Shown here one piece after another: positions 52,756 through 62,560 of a stretch of 64,000 nucleotides of DNA (the stretch's first letter is position 1; each line of letters begins with the position of its first letter). The notes under the pieces are model-generated. The model was not told the origin of the DNA and did not search any database. It saw only the letters and a program-made list of their open reading frames with translations. Made by a program: the position numbers and the translations under genes. Location: IMG/VR virus record IMGVR_UViG_3300025295_000098, positions 1 to 64,000 of that record. One strand, given 5' to 3'. This DNA comes from a virus (taxonomy: Duplodnaviria > Caudoviricetes).

Positions 52756-53619
52756 ATGTCATTTTCGCAAAAACTAATTAACGTCCAATTCAACTTGGCG
52801 AACGGCAAGTTCGAAGGTGGCGGAAATACCGCAAGTGTCAGCGGCTTGCGAGTGTCGGCTCACATAACGAATACAGGCGGGGCGTCCCAAAGCTGGCTTG
52901 AGGCAGCCATCTACGGCCTGCCGCTTTCGCTGATGAACCAGCTTTCGACGGTCGGCACGCAGTCCTACAAGATCTATCAGAACAGCATCACGGTCGAGGC
53001 CGGAGATACCGAGACCGGCATGACCCTAGTGTTCGGCGGTGAGATCGTCACGGCCTTCGTCGATGCGCAATCCATGCCTCAGGTCTGTTTCCGCGTCACG
53101 GCAAGACCTGGCGCATTCCATGCGATCAAGCCGGTGACGCCGATCAGCATCCGCGGTTCGGCCGATGTCGCCGGAATGATGTCGGGCCTGGCAAAACAGA
53201 TGGGGCTGGGGTTTGAAAATGCCGGCGTGACGGCAAAGCTCGCCAACCCCTATTACGCCGGGACAGCGCTCCAACAGGCGCTGACGATCGCAAAACATGC
53301 GGGCATCGACATGATCATCGAGCGCAACACGATGGCGATCGTGCCGCCTGACAAGGCGAGGGAGGGCGAGGCGGTGCTCATCTCTCCGCAGACGGGCATG
53401 GTCGGTTATCCTGCGTTCAATCAAGCAAATGTTCTGGTCAAGGCGCTGTTCAACCCCTCGGTCACCTATCTCGGGTCGATCGAGGTCAGGAGCGACCTCA
53501 CCCCGGCAAACGGAAAATGGAAGGTTAACAGGCTGGAATATGAACTGGATTCGATGGTCCCCCAAGGGAAGTGGTTCATGCTGATGGAAGGCGTCCAGAT
53601 CGGGCAGACGGTGCCATGA
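52756..53619 (+). CDS. Baseplate hub (gp27-like)
   Basis: IYGLPLSLMNQLS...AGD...VFGGEI...SPQTGMVGYP. Confidence 0.8.
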   Translation: MSFSQKLINVQFNLANGKFEGGGNTASVSGLRVSAHITNTGGASQSWLEAAIYGLPLSLMNQLSTVGTQSYKIYQNSITVEAGDTETGMTLVFGGEIVTAFVDAQSMPQVCFRVTARPGAFHAIKPVTPISIRGSADVAGMMSGLAKQMGLGFENAGVTAKLANPYYAGTALQQALTIAKHAGIDMIIERNTMAIVPPDKAREGEAVLISPQTGMVGYPAFNQANVLVKALFNPSVTYLGSIEVRSDLTPANGKWKVNRLEYELDSMVPQGKWFMLMEGVQIGQTVP

Positions 53620-54284
53620 CCGAAGGATTTTTTGGACAGCGCGGCATAACCGACTCCACGTCGGAAACGAATGCCATTCAGTTTCTCATCCGGCAGGCGC
53701 TGGGCGAGGTTCGGACAGCCATACCGGTCAAGATCATCGCCGTGCATGGCGGCGGCGTCGGGGCGGCTCCTACTGTCGATGTCCAGCCAGTCGTCACCCA
53801 GATCGATGGGCAAGGCAACCAGACGCCGCACGGCATCATCTACGGACTGCCGGTCTCGCGCAGCCAGGGCGGCGCGGCCGGGATCATCATGGACCCGGTG
53901 GTCGGCGACGTCGGGCACATAATCATAAGCGATCGGGACACCTCGGCGCTGCGCTCCAATGAGGGATCGCAGTCCAACCCAGGATCGTTTCGCATGCATG
54001 ATCCGGCCGACGGCGTCTATCACGGCGCCATGCTCAATCCGGTGACGCCGAACCGATACATCAACCTAAACGGCCCCGGCATCGAGATCTCCGACGAATT
54101 CGGGAACACGATCATCACGGGGGCGGCTGGAATTATGATCAACGGCGTGCTGATCACGCGTGATGGCAAGGTCACGGCGCCGGACGATGTGATCGCAAAC
54201 CCGGGGAACATCTCGCTCGTGCACCACGTCAATACCGATGTCGTCGCTGGCGGCGATGATTCCGGACCGCCAAGGGCAAGCTGA
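53616..54284 (+). CDS. Baseplate central spike (gpV/gp5-like)
   Basis: TVDVQP...PVVGDVG...SDRD.S...HD..DG.Y; C-terminal HH metal-binding tip (LVHHVN). Confidence 0.8.
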   Translation: MTEGFFGQRGITDSTSETNAIQFLIRQALGEVRTAIPVKIIAVHGGGVGAAPTVDVQPVVTQIDGQGNQTPHGIIYGLPVSRSQGGAAGIIMDPVVGDVGHIIISDRDTSALRSNEGSQSNPGSFRMHDPADGVYHGAMLNPVTPNRYINLNGPGIEISDEFGNTIITGAAGIMINGVLITRDGKVTAPDDVIANPGNISLVHHVNTDVVAGGDDSGPPRAS

Positions 54285-54634
54285 TGCAGACGCTTCTTCT
54301 CGACACGGTGTCATGGGATCTGACGGTCGATACTGCCGGCAACATCGCTGTTGCTAGCGATCCATATTCTCAGGCCCAGGATGCGGCCAGCGCGATCCGG
54401 ACGTTCGAAGCCGAGGTCTACTACGACACCACCCTCGGGATTCCGTATTTCCAACAGGTGCTCGGCTATGCCCCACCTCTGTCGCTGTTGAAGGCTTACT
54501 TCAATTCGTCCGCTCTGACGGTTCCTGGCGTCACCAACGCTCAGTCGTTCATCATCTCGTGGCAGGACCGCACGATCCGCGGTCAGGTGCAGATCAAAAA
54601 CGATGCCGGGCAAGTCTCGGCTGCAGGGTTCTAA
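54284..54634 (+). CDS. Baseplate wedge protein (gp25/W-like)
   Basis: WDLTVD..GNIAV...QD...E.YYDTTLGIPY. Confidence 0.75.
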   Translation: MQTLLLDTVSWDLTVDTAGNIAVASDPYSQAQDAASAIRTFEAEVYYDTTLGIPYFQQVLGYAPPLSLLKAYFNSSALTVPGVTNAQSFIISWQDRTIRGQVQIKNDAGQVSAAGF

Positions 54635-54640
54635 TCATAT

Positions 54641-56071
54641 ATGGCAACCTCAGTTCCCCAGCCGTCGTTTGGCCCGACAGGCTTCATCATCCCGTCCTCA
54701 ACGACCGTCCTTGATGGCGTCACGGAAGATATCAATGAAGCCTTCGGCGGCAATCTCAACCCTGGTCTGAACACGCCGCAGGGGCAGTTGGCGTCGAGCG
54801 AAGCAGCAGTCGTCGACAACGTCAATCAGACGTTTCTGTTTCTGACGCAGCAATTCGATCCAGCCTATGCCTCGGGGCGCTATCAGGATGCGCTCGCGCG
54901 GATCTACTTCCTCGAGCGCAATCCCGCCCAGCCGACCGTGGTCCAAGCGCTGTGCACGGGCCTTGAAGGCGTCACCATCCCGGTCGGTGCGTTGGCCCTG
55001 GCGGAAGATGGCAATCAATACCTATGCACCGAATCCGGTACGATACCCGCCACGGGCAACATCACGCTGACCTTCGAATGCACCATTGTCGGTCCGGTTC
55101 CTTGCCCGGCCGGGACGCTGAACCAGATCTATCGGAGCATTCCCGGCTGGGATGCCATCGAGAACGTGTCGGATGGCGTGCTTGGGAACGACGTCGAGGG
55201 AAAGGCGGCTTTCGAAGCGCGGCGAGCTGCATCGGTGGCGCTGAACTCGATCGGCTCGCTGCCGTCGGTTCTCGGCGCGGTCCTCGATGTTGAGAACGTC
55301 ATTGATGCCTTTGTGACAGAGAACGCCACCAATAGCCTGCAAACCATCGGTGGCGTTTCGCTCTATCCGAACTCTCTCTATGTCGCGGTGGTCGGTGGGG
55401 AAGCCCAGGACGTCGCGAGAGCCATATGGTCTAAGAAGGCACCTGGCTGCGCCTATAACGGCAACACGACGGTGACCGTTCTCGATACCAGCGCGGGCTA
55501 CGTGCCACCATACCCGGCCTATTCAGTCTCCTTCGAGATCCCGGAGCCACTGCCAATCCTGTTCGCCGTCGATCTGAACAACAGCACGATGGTGCCGGCC
55601 GACGCGGCAACGCAGATCCAGAACGCCATAATGAGCGCCTTCGCCGGCAGCGACGGCGGCCCCAGAGCCAAGATCGGGACGACACTCTATGCCAGCCGGT
55701 TCTATGCCCCGATTGCGGCGCTCGGATCATGGGTGCAGATCATTTCGATCGAAATCGGGTCGGTCAACAATGTCGCCGCCGCATTCACCGGTTCGATTGC
55801 CGGGACGACGCTCACAGTCTCCGCCGTCGCCTCCGGCACACTGGGGGTCGGACAGACGATTTCGGACACGACCGGGAACCTCGTCGTTGGAACGAGGATA
55901 ACCGCGCTGGGAACCGGTTCCGGGGGAACTGGCACCTATACCGTGTCGGAGACCCAGACCGTCGGCTCGGAAAGCATGAAAGCCGCCGTGGCAAACCGTT
56001 TCGATATCGACGTTCGGATCGATCAGGTGCCAACGGTTTCCGCCAATGATATCGTGGTGACGCTGAGCTGA
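54641..56071 (+). CDS. Baseplate J-like protein with one inserted beta module
   Basis: TPQGQLAS...[15 protein letters not shown]...[10 protein letters not shown]...AIW.KK.PG. Confidence 0.88.
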   Translation: MATSVPQPSFGPTGFIIPSSTTVLDGVTEDINEAFGGNLNPGLNTPQGQLASSEAAVVDNVNQTFLFLTQQFDPAYASGRYQDALARIYFLERNPAQPTVVQALCTGLEGVTIPVGALALAEDGNQYLCTESGTIPATGNITLTFECTIVGPVPCPAGTLNQIYRSIPGWDAIENVSDGVLGNDVEGKAAFEARRAASVALNSIGSLPSVLGAVLDVENVIDAFVTENATNSLQTIGGVSLYPNSLYVAVVGGEAQDVARAIWSKKAPGCAYNGNTTVTVLDTSAGYVPPYPAYSVSFEIPEPLPILFAVDLNNSTMVPADAATQIQNAIMSAFAGSDGGPRAKIGTTLYASRFYAPIAALGSWVQIISIEIGSVNNVAAAFTGSIAGTTLTVSAVASGTLGVGQTISDTTGNLVVGTRITALGTGSGGTGTYTVSETQTVGSESMKAAVANRFDIDVRIDQVPTVSANDIVVTLS

Positions 56072-56820
56072 TGGTTGATACAGGTCCGCCATATCCTCGG
56101 CCGCCGGCCGGCGTTCCGAACGGCATAGGTCAGTTCGAAATAGGCGTCAGCCCGATCGGGACGTATCCCGGATTCGACGTTTGGCAGACGGTGATCTCGC
56201 AATATGCGAATTCGCCGATCCTGACGCAACTGATCCTCAATATCGACGCCTATCTCGACCAGGCCGTCAATCTCGACATGTTTTATGATTACATCATGAA
56301 CGTGTCGACAGCACAGGGATATGGTCTTGATGTCTGGGGGCGGATCGTTGGCGTCAACCGCGTTCTTCAGGTCCAGGTGGGAGAATGGTTCGGTTTCGAG
56401 GAGGCTTCTCCGGGTGCAGATACATTCGGGCAGGGGGCATTCTATAGTGGGGCTTCTCTTACCAGCAATTTCTCGCTTTCTGATGAGGCATACCGCACCC
56501 TAATTTTTGCTAAGGCTGCGGCAAACATCACCGATGGATCAATACCGGCGATCAACCAAATCCTTCTCGGGTTATTTCCCCATCGAGGCAATTGCTACGT
56601 CGCCGAAGGTTTTCATACCGGCGAATGGTTCGGTTTCGCGGAATCGGTAAACGCCCAAGGGTTCAATCAGGCATCGTTCTATTCCGGGGCTACGATCAGC
56701 ACCATGACGATGTCCTACGTCTTCGAATTCCAACTCTCGCCCGTCGAACTCGCGATCGTTCAGCAATCCGGCGTTCTTCCGAAGCCAACCGGCGTCTCGG
56801 CCTCTGTCGTCATAATCTAG
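56071..56820 (+). CDS. Baseplate wedge protein (DUF2612-type)
   Basis: TVISQYANSP...TAQGYGLDVWGRIVGV.R...LSDEAYR.LI..KA..NI. Confidence 0.85.
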   Translation: MVDTGPPYPRPPAGVPNGIGQFEIGVSPIGTYPGFDVWQTVISQYANSPILTQLILNIDAYLDQAVNLDMFYDYIMNVSTAQGYGLDVWGRIVGVNRVLQVQVGEWFGFEEASPGADTFGQGAFYSGASLTSNFSLSDEAYRTLIFAKAAANITDGSIPAINQILLGLFPHRGNCYVAEGFHTGEWFGFAESVNAQGFNQASFYSGATISTMTMSYVFEFQLSPVELAIVQQSGVLPKPTGVSASVVII

Positions 56821-56830
56821 GAAAAATCAA

Positions 56831-57979
56831 ATGAAGATCTCCGACATTCCGTCGAAGTTCCAAATTCCTTTTGCGAACGCTGCGGGAGGCGGCTTTATAA
56901 GGCCAATCCCCGAAGCCTCTCAGATTGGCATCCAGAATGGGGCCGCGTCGCTGACTGACGGGTTTCCGCCGCTAAATTTCCTTCCAGTTGGGGCAGGTGG
57001 TGTTCCGCCATTCGGACAGGACATGAATGGCATTTTGAACCAATCGACGGCCTGGAACCGCTGGCAGGGTGCTGGCGCCCAGGTCGTTTACGATGCCTCG
57101 CTGTCAACAGCTATCGGCGGCTATCCAAAGGGTGCGCTTCTTGCGAGTGCCACTACCGCCGGCCTGCTTTGGCTGAATACCGTCGATGACAATACGACAA
57201 ACCCGGATAGCGCTGGTTCGAATTGGGTTGGGATCGCCAATATCCCTGGGGTCCAGAATGACGCTTGGAACTGGGCAGCTACTTTCGGTGGAACAACAAC
57301 AGCCCTGACAGCGACGCTCGCACCCGTTCCTACAGCTCTCACGGCAGGCCTGCGTGTTCAAGGCATAGCCGCCTCGAATAATAATGGATCATCGGCGTCT
57401 TCGCTCAATGTCAACAGCCTCGGTGCGAAGTCCATCGTGGTATCCGGAGGCGGCAATCCTTCGTGGAGCACTGGGGACATTCTGAGCTTCGTCTACAACG
57501 GCACAGCGTTCTTCTTGACGACACAAAGCAGTGCCCAGACTGCGGCGATTGTCCCGACAATACAAACTGCCCAGGTGATCGGTTCCGTCAGCGTGTTGAT
57601 CCCGTTCAATACGATTACCACACTCGGATTTTCGGCGTCAACGACAGTATTTCTTGACCCATCCACTACCTATTCCGGGGGTGTCCTGACCGTTGGGCCG
57701 AAGGATGCCGGCACTTGGAGCGTATCATTTTGGATCAACGCCCAGAGAACCGATAGCACGGTATTGTGGGGCTATATCTACAAAAATGGCTCCCAATATG
57801 CCGTCAGCGGCGATACCAGCGCTTCCGCCGGCTCCCCCTCCGGTATGAATGCGACAATCTCCATCGCACTAAGACTGAACAGCGGGGACAATATTCAAGG
57901 CCGCGTCTTCCAGCAGAATGCTTCATCTAACTCCCAGACTATTCTGGGCAACATGGGCCTCATAAGGATGTCAGCATGA
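56831..57979 (+). CDS. Tail fibre with a C1q/TNF-like C-terminal domain
   Basis: ASLTDGFPP...GGVPP.GQDMNG.LN baseplate-attachment motif; C-term G.W...F...IYKNG...L.LNSGD.I. Confidence 0.75.
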   Translation: MKISDIPSKFQIPFANAAGGGFIRPIPEASQIGIQNGAASLTDGFPPLNFLPVGAGGVPPFGQDMNGILNQSTAWNRWQGAGAQVVYDASLSTAIGGYPKGALLASATTAGLLWLNTVDDNTTNPDSAGSNWVGIANIPGVQNDAWNWAATFGGTTTALTATLAPVPTALTAGLRVQGIAASNNNGSSASSLNVNSLGAKSIVVSGGGNPSWSTGDILSFVYNGTAFFLTTQSSAQTAAIVPTIQTAQVIGSVSVLIPFNTITTLGFSASTTVFLDPSTTYSGGVLTVGPKDAGTWSVSFWINAQRTDSTVLWGYIYKNGSQYAVSGDTSASAGSPSGMNATISIALRLNSGDNIQGRVFQQNASSNSQTILGNMGLIRMSA

Positions 57980-58182
57980 GTGACGGTCAGACGTTAAAAC
58001 TTAATCTGGATGATGTCGCCAAAATTACCCATGCCATCGATATTGACCTCGGTGCAGGCCCCGGGTGGCAGGCCATCTCTGGATTTCATTACGACACTGA
58101 AACTCAAGAACTCTTTGTTCCCCGAGAGCTTCAAGATGCTGTTGCAAGGGCCATGACAGCAGCGAACGTTCAAGGCTCCTGA
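57976..58182 (+). CDS. Small tail-fibre-associated protein
   Basis: 68 aa, ATGA-coupled to the fibre gene. Confidence 0.55.
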   Translation: MSDGQTLKLNLDDVAKITHAIDIDLGAGPGWQAISGFHYDTETQELFVPRELQDAVARAMTAANVQGS

Positions 58183-58199
58183 TTCCCAGAGGATTCGAT

Positions 58200-59822
58200 A
58201 TGTTTAGATTTGTCACTCTGGCAGTCGCATTACTATGCGCGCCAGCAGCATTTTCCCAGTCCTCTCCCGGCTTTAGTTACGGGCAGGTTCCGACCGCCGG
58301 GCAATGGAATTCGTATTTTGCGGCGAAGCAGGACACGCTTGGTTACACGCCAGTCAATCGCGCTGGCGATACGATGTTCGGGAAGCTCCGAACCGTTGCC
58401 CCAACGGTCAGCGGCGCGGGTTTTTCTCTGCTTCCAGGTATCGCTCCCACCTCGCCGGTGGACGGCGATATGTGGGTGACGTCTGCCGGCCTGTATGCCC
58501 GTATTAACGGCGCGACAATAGGGCCTCTTTCGTCGACGGTCGGAACGGTCACTAGTGTCGGGATCAGCGTTCCTGCCTATATGGCTGTGAGCAATTCCCC
58601 CGTGATGAACTCCGGGACCATGGGGCTCTCGTTCTCTTCGCAGAGCCAGAACCTCATCTTCGCGAGCCCTGGCGCATCGAGTGGCGCCCCGACGTTTCGC
58701 TCTCTGGTCGGTGCCGATCTTCCTACCCCATCGGCATCATCACTTGGCGGCGTTCAGTCGGTCGCCCCCGCGGCATCCAACTGGATAAGGTCGATCTCGA
58801 CGGGCGGTGTGCCCTCACTTTCACAGCCAGCCTTCTCAGATCTTTCTGGCACGACGAATGCCGTTACGAATGCCATGCTGGCGCAGATCACGACACAGAC
58901 TTTTAAGGGCCGAACGACGGCAAGCACGGGCAATGTCGAGGATCTATCCGCCACTCAAGCTACCGCGATTCTGAACCCTGTCGTCGGCGACAGTGGTTCC
59001 GGTGGCACAAAGGGGTTGGTTCCAGCACCGACGTCAGGCGATGCTGCAGCGAACAAATTCCTTAAGGCAGATGGCACTTGGGCCGTGCCGCCGACAAGCG
59101 GCACGAATTCCGGATACATTTTTGGACTGACACTCTCGAATGATGCAACAGATTCGACAAATGATATTGATATATCTACCGGAACAGCAGGAAGTGATGC
59201 GTCAACATCCGTTCTGATTACGCTTGCCTCCTCTCTCATTAAACGCACTGACGCAGCGTGGGCCTCTGGTACGAATCAAGGTGGCTGGCTCGATGGCGCA
59301 TCCATGCCAAACGGATGGGGATATGTTTATCTTATATATGGAGGTACTTGCGGTGTTGATGTTGGATTTTCTGCATTATTAACGCCAACTCTGCCAGTCG
59401 GATGTAATACTGGGAAGAGACGTATTGGAGCCATCTATAAGGCGGCAGGAGTGCTTCAAGGATTCCTTCAAGATGGCGATTATTTTTGGTATACGGGCGC
59501 TTTGATAACGGATGTAAACACAAATGTTCTTGGCACGTCGCCAACTGATTTTACGTTGACTGTGCCTCCAATTGCTGGAGTAAAAGCAATTTTACAAGGA
59601 CAAATATCAAACGCGTCCACTCTTAGTTTAGCATTGAATGGAAAGGGATTAACTACAGGTGCAACCTTTATGCGCGGCCCTGGAGGATCGGCTTTGGGGT
59701 TGTCTCAATTCGAAATGCGCGTAAACGCATCTGGTCAAATCACCGCCCAAGCAGGAGCGACAAACACTACATTAAACCTATATACGCTCGGCTTTGTCTA
59801 TACGCGAGCACGATTCAACTAA
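58200..59822 (+). CDS. Second fibre-like protein with an N-terminal signal peptide
   Basis: MFRFVTLAVALLCAPAAFS|Q; LGYTPVNRAGDTM.G.L fibre motif; GYIFGLTLSNDATD..NDIDI; AT-richer 3' part. Confidence 0.7.
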   Translation: MFRFVTLAVALLCAPAAFSQSSPGFSYGQVPTAGQWNSYFAAKQDTLGYTPVNRAGDTMFGKLRTVAPTVSGAGFSLLPGIAPTSPVDGDMWVTSAGLYARINGATIGPLSSTVGTVTSVGISVPAYMAVSNSPVMNSGTMGLSFSSQSQNLIFASPGASSGAPTFRSLVGADLPTPSASSLGGVQSVAPAASNWIRSISTGGVPSLSQPAFSDLSGTTNAVTNAMLAQITTQTFKGRTTASTGNVEDLSATQATAILNPVVGDSGSGGTKGLVPAPTSGDAAANKFLKADGTWAVPPTSGTNSGYIFGLTLSNDATDSTNDIDISTGTAGSDASTSVLITLASSLIKRTDAAWASGTNQGGWLDGASMPNGWGYVYLIYGGTCGVDVGFSALLTPTLPVGCNTGKRRIGAIYKAAGVLQGFLQDGDYFWYTGALITDVNTNVLGTSPTDFTLTVPPIAGVKAILQGQISNASTLSLALNGKGLTTGATFMRGPGGSALGLSQFEMRVNASGQITAQAGATNTTLNLYTLGFVYTRARFN

Positions 59823-59848
59823 TACTCTGATTTAAAGGAGAGAGGGAC

Positions 59849-60529
59849 ATGAGATTCTTGAAATCAACATTCTTGTCAATTGCCATGATGCTGACAGGCA
59901 TCGTGAATGCTATTGCTGGCGGTCCTGATCATTGGAGTACTCGGGCATATGTCGAATATGATCAGTCTTTCATTGTCGGAACCGGGCAGGTATTGATAAT
60001 CGGTGATAGTATCACCGAAATGTTCTGGTGGAATATATTCGGAAATCATTTCATTTTGAACGCAGGTCAGGGTGGCGCTGGAATAGACCAGGCAATCGTC
60101 AACGCAAATGGGATCGCACCCGTAGCGCTTCCTCATGTTTCACTGGTGATGATTGGCATCAATGACTGTCAGATGCCGACTCCTACGACTGATTATGCCG
60201 CCTGGGGTGTGAAATATGCTCAACTTCTGGCAAGTCTAAAAGCCAGCAGCACGAAGGTATTGGCGGTCTCAATTCTTCCAGTGGACCCGACGGGGTCACT
60301 TGCTCCAAACTTTAGCACAACCTGCCAGATGAACCTTAACAGTCAGGTTGTTGCCAAGGCCGCCGCCGCCGCCGTTCCTCTTGTGAATGCCAACTATGTC
60401 TTCGGCAACCCGGCTACTGGCTATTCAACCATGCTTCCGGGCAATTCCATCGATGGCGTACATCTTAATTCCGTAGGGCAGACCAAAATGTTCAACATGT
60501 ACCAATCGGCAGTGATGTCCAATTGGTAA
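59849..60529 (+). CDS. Secreted SGNH/GDSL hydrolase
   Basis: Signal peptide; blocks GDSIT, NAGQGG, IGIND, DGVH all present. Confidence 0.9.
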   Translation: MRFLKSTFLSIAMMLTGIVNAIAGGPDHWSTRAYVEYDQSFIVGTGQVLIIGDSITEMFWWNIFGNHFILNAGQGGAGIDQAIVNANGIAPVALPHVSLVMIGINDCQMPTPTTDYAAWGVKYAQLLASLKASSTKVLAVSILPVDPTGSLAPNFSTTCQMNLNSQVVAKAAAAAVPLVNANYVFGNPATGYSTMLPGNSIDGVHLNSVGQTKMFNMYQSAVMSNW

Positions 60530-60667
60530 CGCCGGCCCTTATGTAGCGAACGTACCTATACCGAGGCGCACTGAAGCGCCGATCTGATCCGACATTGCTA
60601 ACTCCTTCGCACCCCGCCTCCTCCGGAACCGGGTGCTTTGCCACGCCTGAAAGGGCAGTAAAATCCA

Positions 60668-61300
60668 ATGAACCGCAAACCCTTCTTTGACGCGCTGCGT
60701 GGCGGCGCGCTGTTCCCGCATGGTTTCAGCACGAACCAGACTGTAGGTTTGACCCGTCTGCTCGACGTCTGGGAAAAATACTTCCCCAGCGACCCTATCG
60801 CTGATCTCGCCTATAATCTCGCCACTTCATATCATGAGACGATGCAGACGATGCAGCCGATCAAGGAACTTGGCTCCCGTTCCTATTTCGACAAATACGA
60901 GCCTGGAACAAAACTCGGGAAGATGCTCGGCAACACGCAGCCGGGGGATGGCTATCGATTTCGCGGCGAGGGTGATGTTCAAAACACCGGCCGGCGAAAC
61001 GCCAAATTCGCTTCAGACCGCCTGAACAAGGTGTTCAATCTCGGGATCGATCTCGTCGCCAACCCAGACAAGCGCGGCGACCCCTTCGTTTCCGCCATAT
61101 CCTTGTTCCTTGGAAACAAGGAGGGATGGTGGACGGGCAAGGATCTCCACGACTACATCGATGGCATGGACGAAAGTGCCGACGAGGACTTGCGCGAGTT
61201 CATCGAAGCCAGGCGCGTGGTCAATGGAACCGACAAGGCCAAGGCCATTGCCGGGTATGCCGTGCAGTTTCTCGCGGCGCTGAAAAAAGCATCCGCTTAA
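60668..61300 (+). CDS. Endolysin, glycoside hydrolase family 19-like
   Basis: LATSYHET...QP..E...GDGYRFRGEG.VQ.TGR.N. Confidence 0.85.
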   Translation: MNRKPFFDALRGGALFPHGFSTNQTVGLTRLLDVWEKYFPSDPIADLAYNLATSYHETMQTMQPIKELGSRSYFDKYEPGTKLGKMLGNTQPGDGYRFRGEGDVQNTGRRNAKFASDRLNKVFNLGIDLVANPDKRGDPFVSAISLFLGNKEGWWTGKDLHDYIDGMDESADEDLREFIEARRVVNGTDKAKAIAGYAVQFLAALKKASA

Positions 61301-61325
61301 CTCCCCACAACAAAGGATAACTCCC

Positions 61326-61715
61326 ATGCGATCGATCGGATTCGCCGCCGTAGCCCTGTGCCTGGCACTCAGCTCCTGCGCCAACATCCAGACGGCTTAC
61401 GATGCTGTCACCACATCCACCGTCCCGGCCAAGTCCGTCTATGTCGCGGTGAACGCCTTCAACGTCGTCGAGACGGCCGCCACTGGGTACATCACCTATT
61501 GCACGCCGAACCCGACGCCGGTCGGCTGCAATGACGAGGTCATTCAGAACCAGATCGTCCCGACCATCGACAAGGGCGTCACGGCGAAGAAGACGCTCGT
61601 CACTTTCCTCAGGCATCACCCCGGCGCGCTTGGAGACAAAGGCGTTTACGACAGCCTGGTCACCGCGACGTCGACGCTCCAGACCCTCCTCGCAGCCAAC
61701 GACAAGCGTTCGTAA
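61326..61715 (+). CDS. Lysis-cassette lipoprotein
   Basis: Lipobox LALSS-C after a hydrophobic leader. Confidence 0.75.
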   Translation: MRSIGFAAVALCLALSSCANIQTAYDAVTTSTVPAKSVYVAVNAFNVVETAATGYITYCTPNPTPVGCNDEVIQNQIVPTIDKGVTAKKTLVTFLRHHPGALGDKGVYDSLVTATSTLQTLLAANDKRS

Positions 61716-61730
61716 CCGGAGACAACCACC

Positions 61731-62105
61731 ATGGAAGCCCTCGTCCTCACCATTCTGCAGCTCATTCAGAGCCTGCTTTCCCAGATCGGGTCCAACAACA
61801 CCGCCGTCAACCAGATCATCGCCGCGCTGGTGCAGATCGTCCCTCTCGTGGTCAATCTCAGCACGCCGATCATCAATTCAGTGAAAGCCATCATCACGGC
61901 GCTGCAAAACAGCGGCGCATTGACGGATGAGCAGATAGCCACGCTCGAGAGTTTGAGCGATGAGATCGACGCCGCATATCAGGCCGCGGTTGCCAACTAT
62001 CTGGCCTCAAAAAAAAAGCTGATCCCAGCGATGACAGTGACGGTATCGGCTCCAGCGGTTCAGCCGTCGCCCTCGGTCTCGCCGGCGCCGGCGGTTTCGG
62101 AGTGA
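61731..62105 (+). CDS. Amphipathic helical protein of the lysis cassette
   Basis: LVLTILQLIQSLLSQI...IIAALVQIVPLVV; A9 run near the 3' end. Confidence 0.65.
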   Translation: MEALVLTILQLIQSLLSQIGSNNTAVNQIIAALVQIVPLVVNLSTPIINSVKAIITALQNSGALTDEQIATLESLSDEIDAAYQAAVANYLASKKKLIPAMTVTVSAPAVQPSPSVSPAPAVSE

Positions 62106-62464
62106 CCCCGATGTCCGACACCAAGGAACAGGTCACAAGTCAGGTGGCCGCCGCCGTCGCGGCCACGGTCGCCAAGCCGGAAGTCAATGCGGAAATGTCG
62201 GCGGTACCGGCGATCGTCAATGCACTCGCGCCTATCATCGATCAGATTGTGCATTCGACTAATTCCGAGCCGTTCTACCAGTCCCGCGTCTTCTGGGGGT
62301 CGATCATCGCGCTTGTCGCTGCGGTACTCGGAGCCTTCGGCATCGCTTTCCCGAGCGATCTGCAAGGGCAGGTGCTGACCGCCGTCATGGCGGGCCTGGC
62401 GCTCGTCGGGCCGCTTGTTGCTCTCTACGGACGATTCAAGGCGAAGAAGCCCATCGGCTCATGA
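62102..62464 (+). CDS. Holin-like two-TM protein
   Basis: EPFYQSRVFWGSIIALVAAVLGAFG...LALVGPLVALYGRFKAKKPI. Confidence 0.7.
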   Translation: MTPMSDTKEQVTSQVAAAVAATVAKPEVNAEMSAVPAIVNALAPIIDQIVHSTNSEPFYQSRVFWGSIIALVAAVLGAFGIAFPSDLQGQVLTAVMAGLALVGPLVALYGRFKAKKPIGS

Positions 62465-62560
62465 GCGCCAGCTTCGTAACGTTCCTCATCACCACTGCCG
62501 CTCTTGCCTGTCTCATCGGGCTTGAGTGGCTTTCTGTCTTGCCATGATCGGAGAAAAGCC

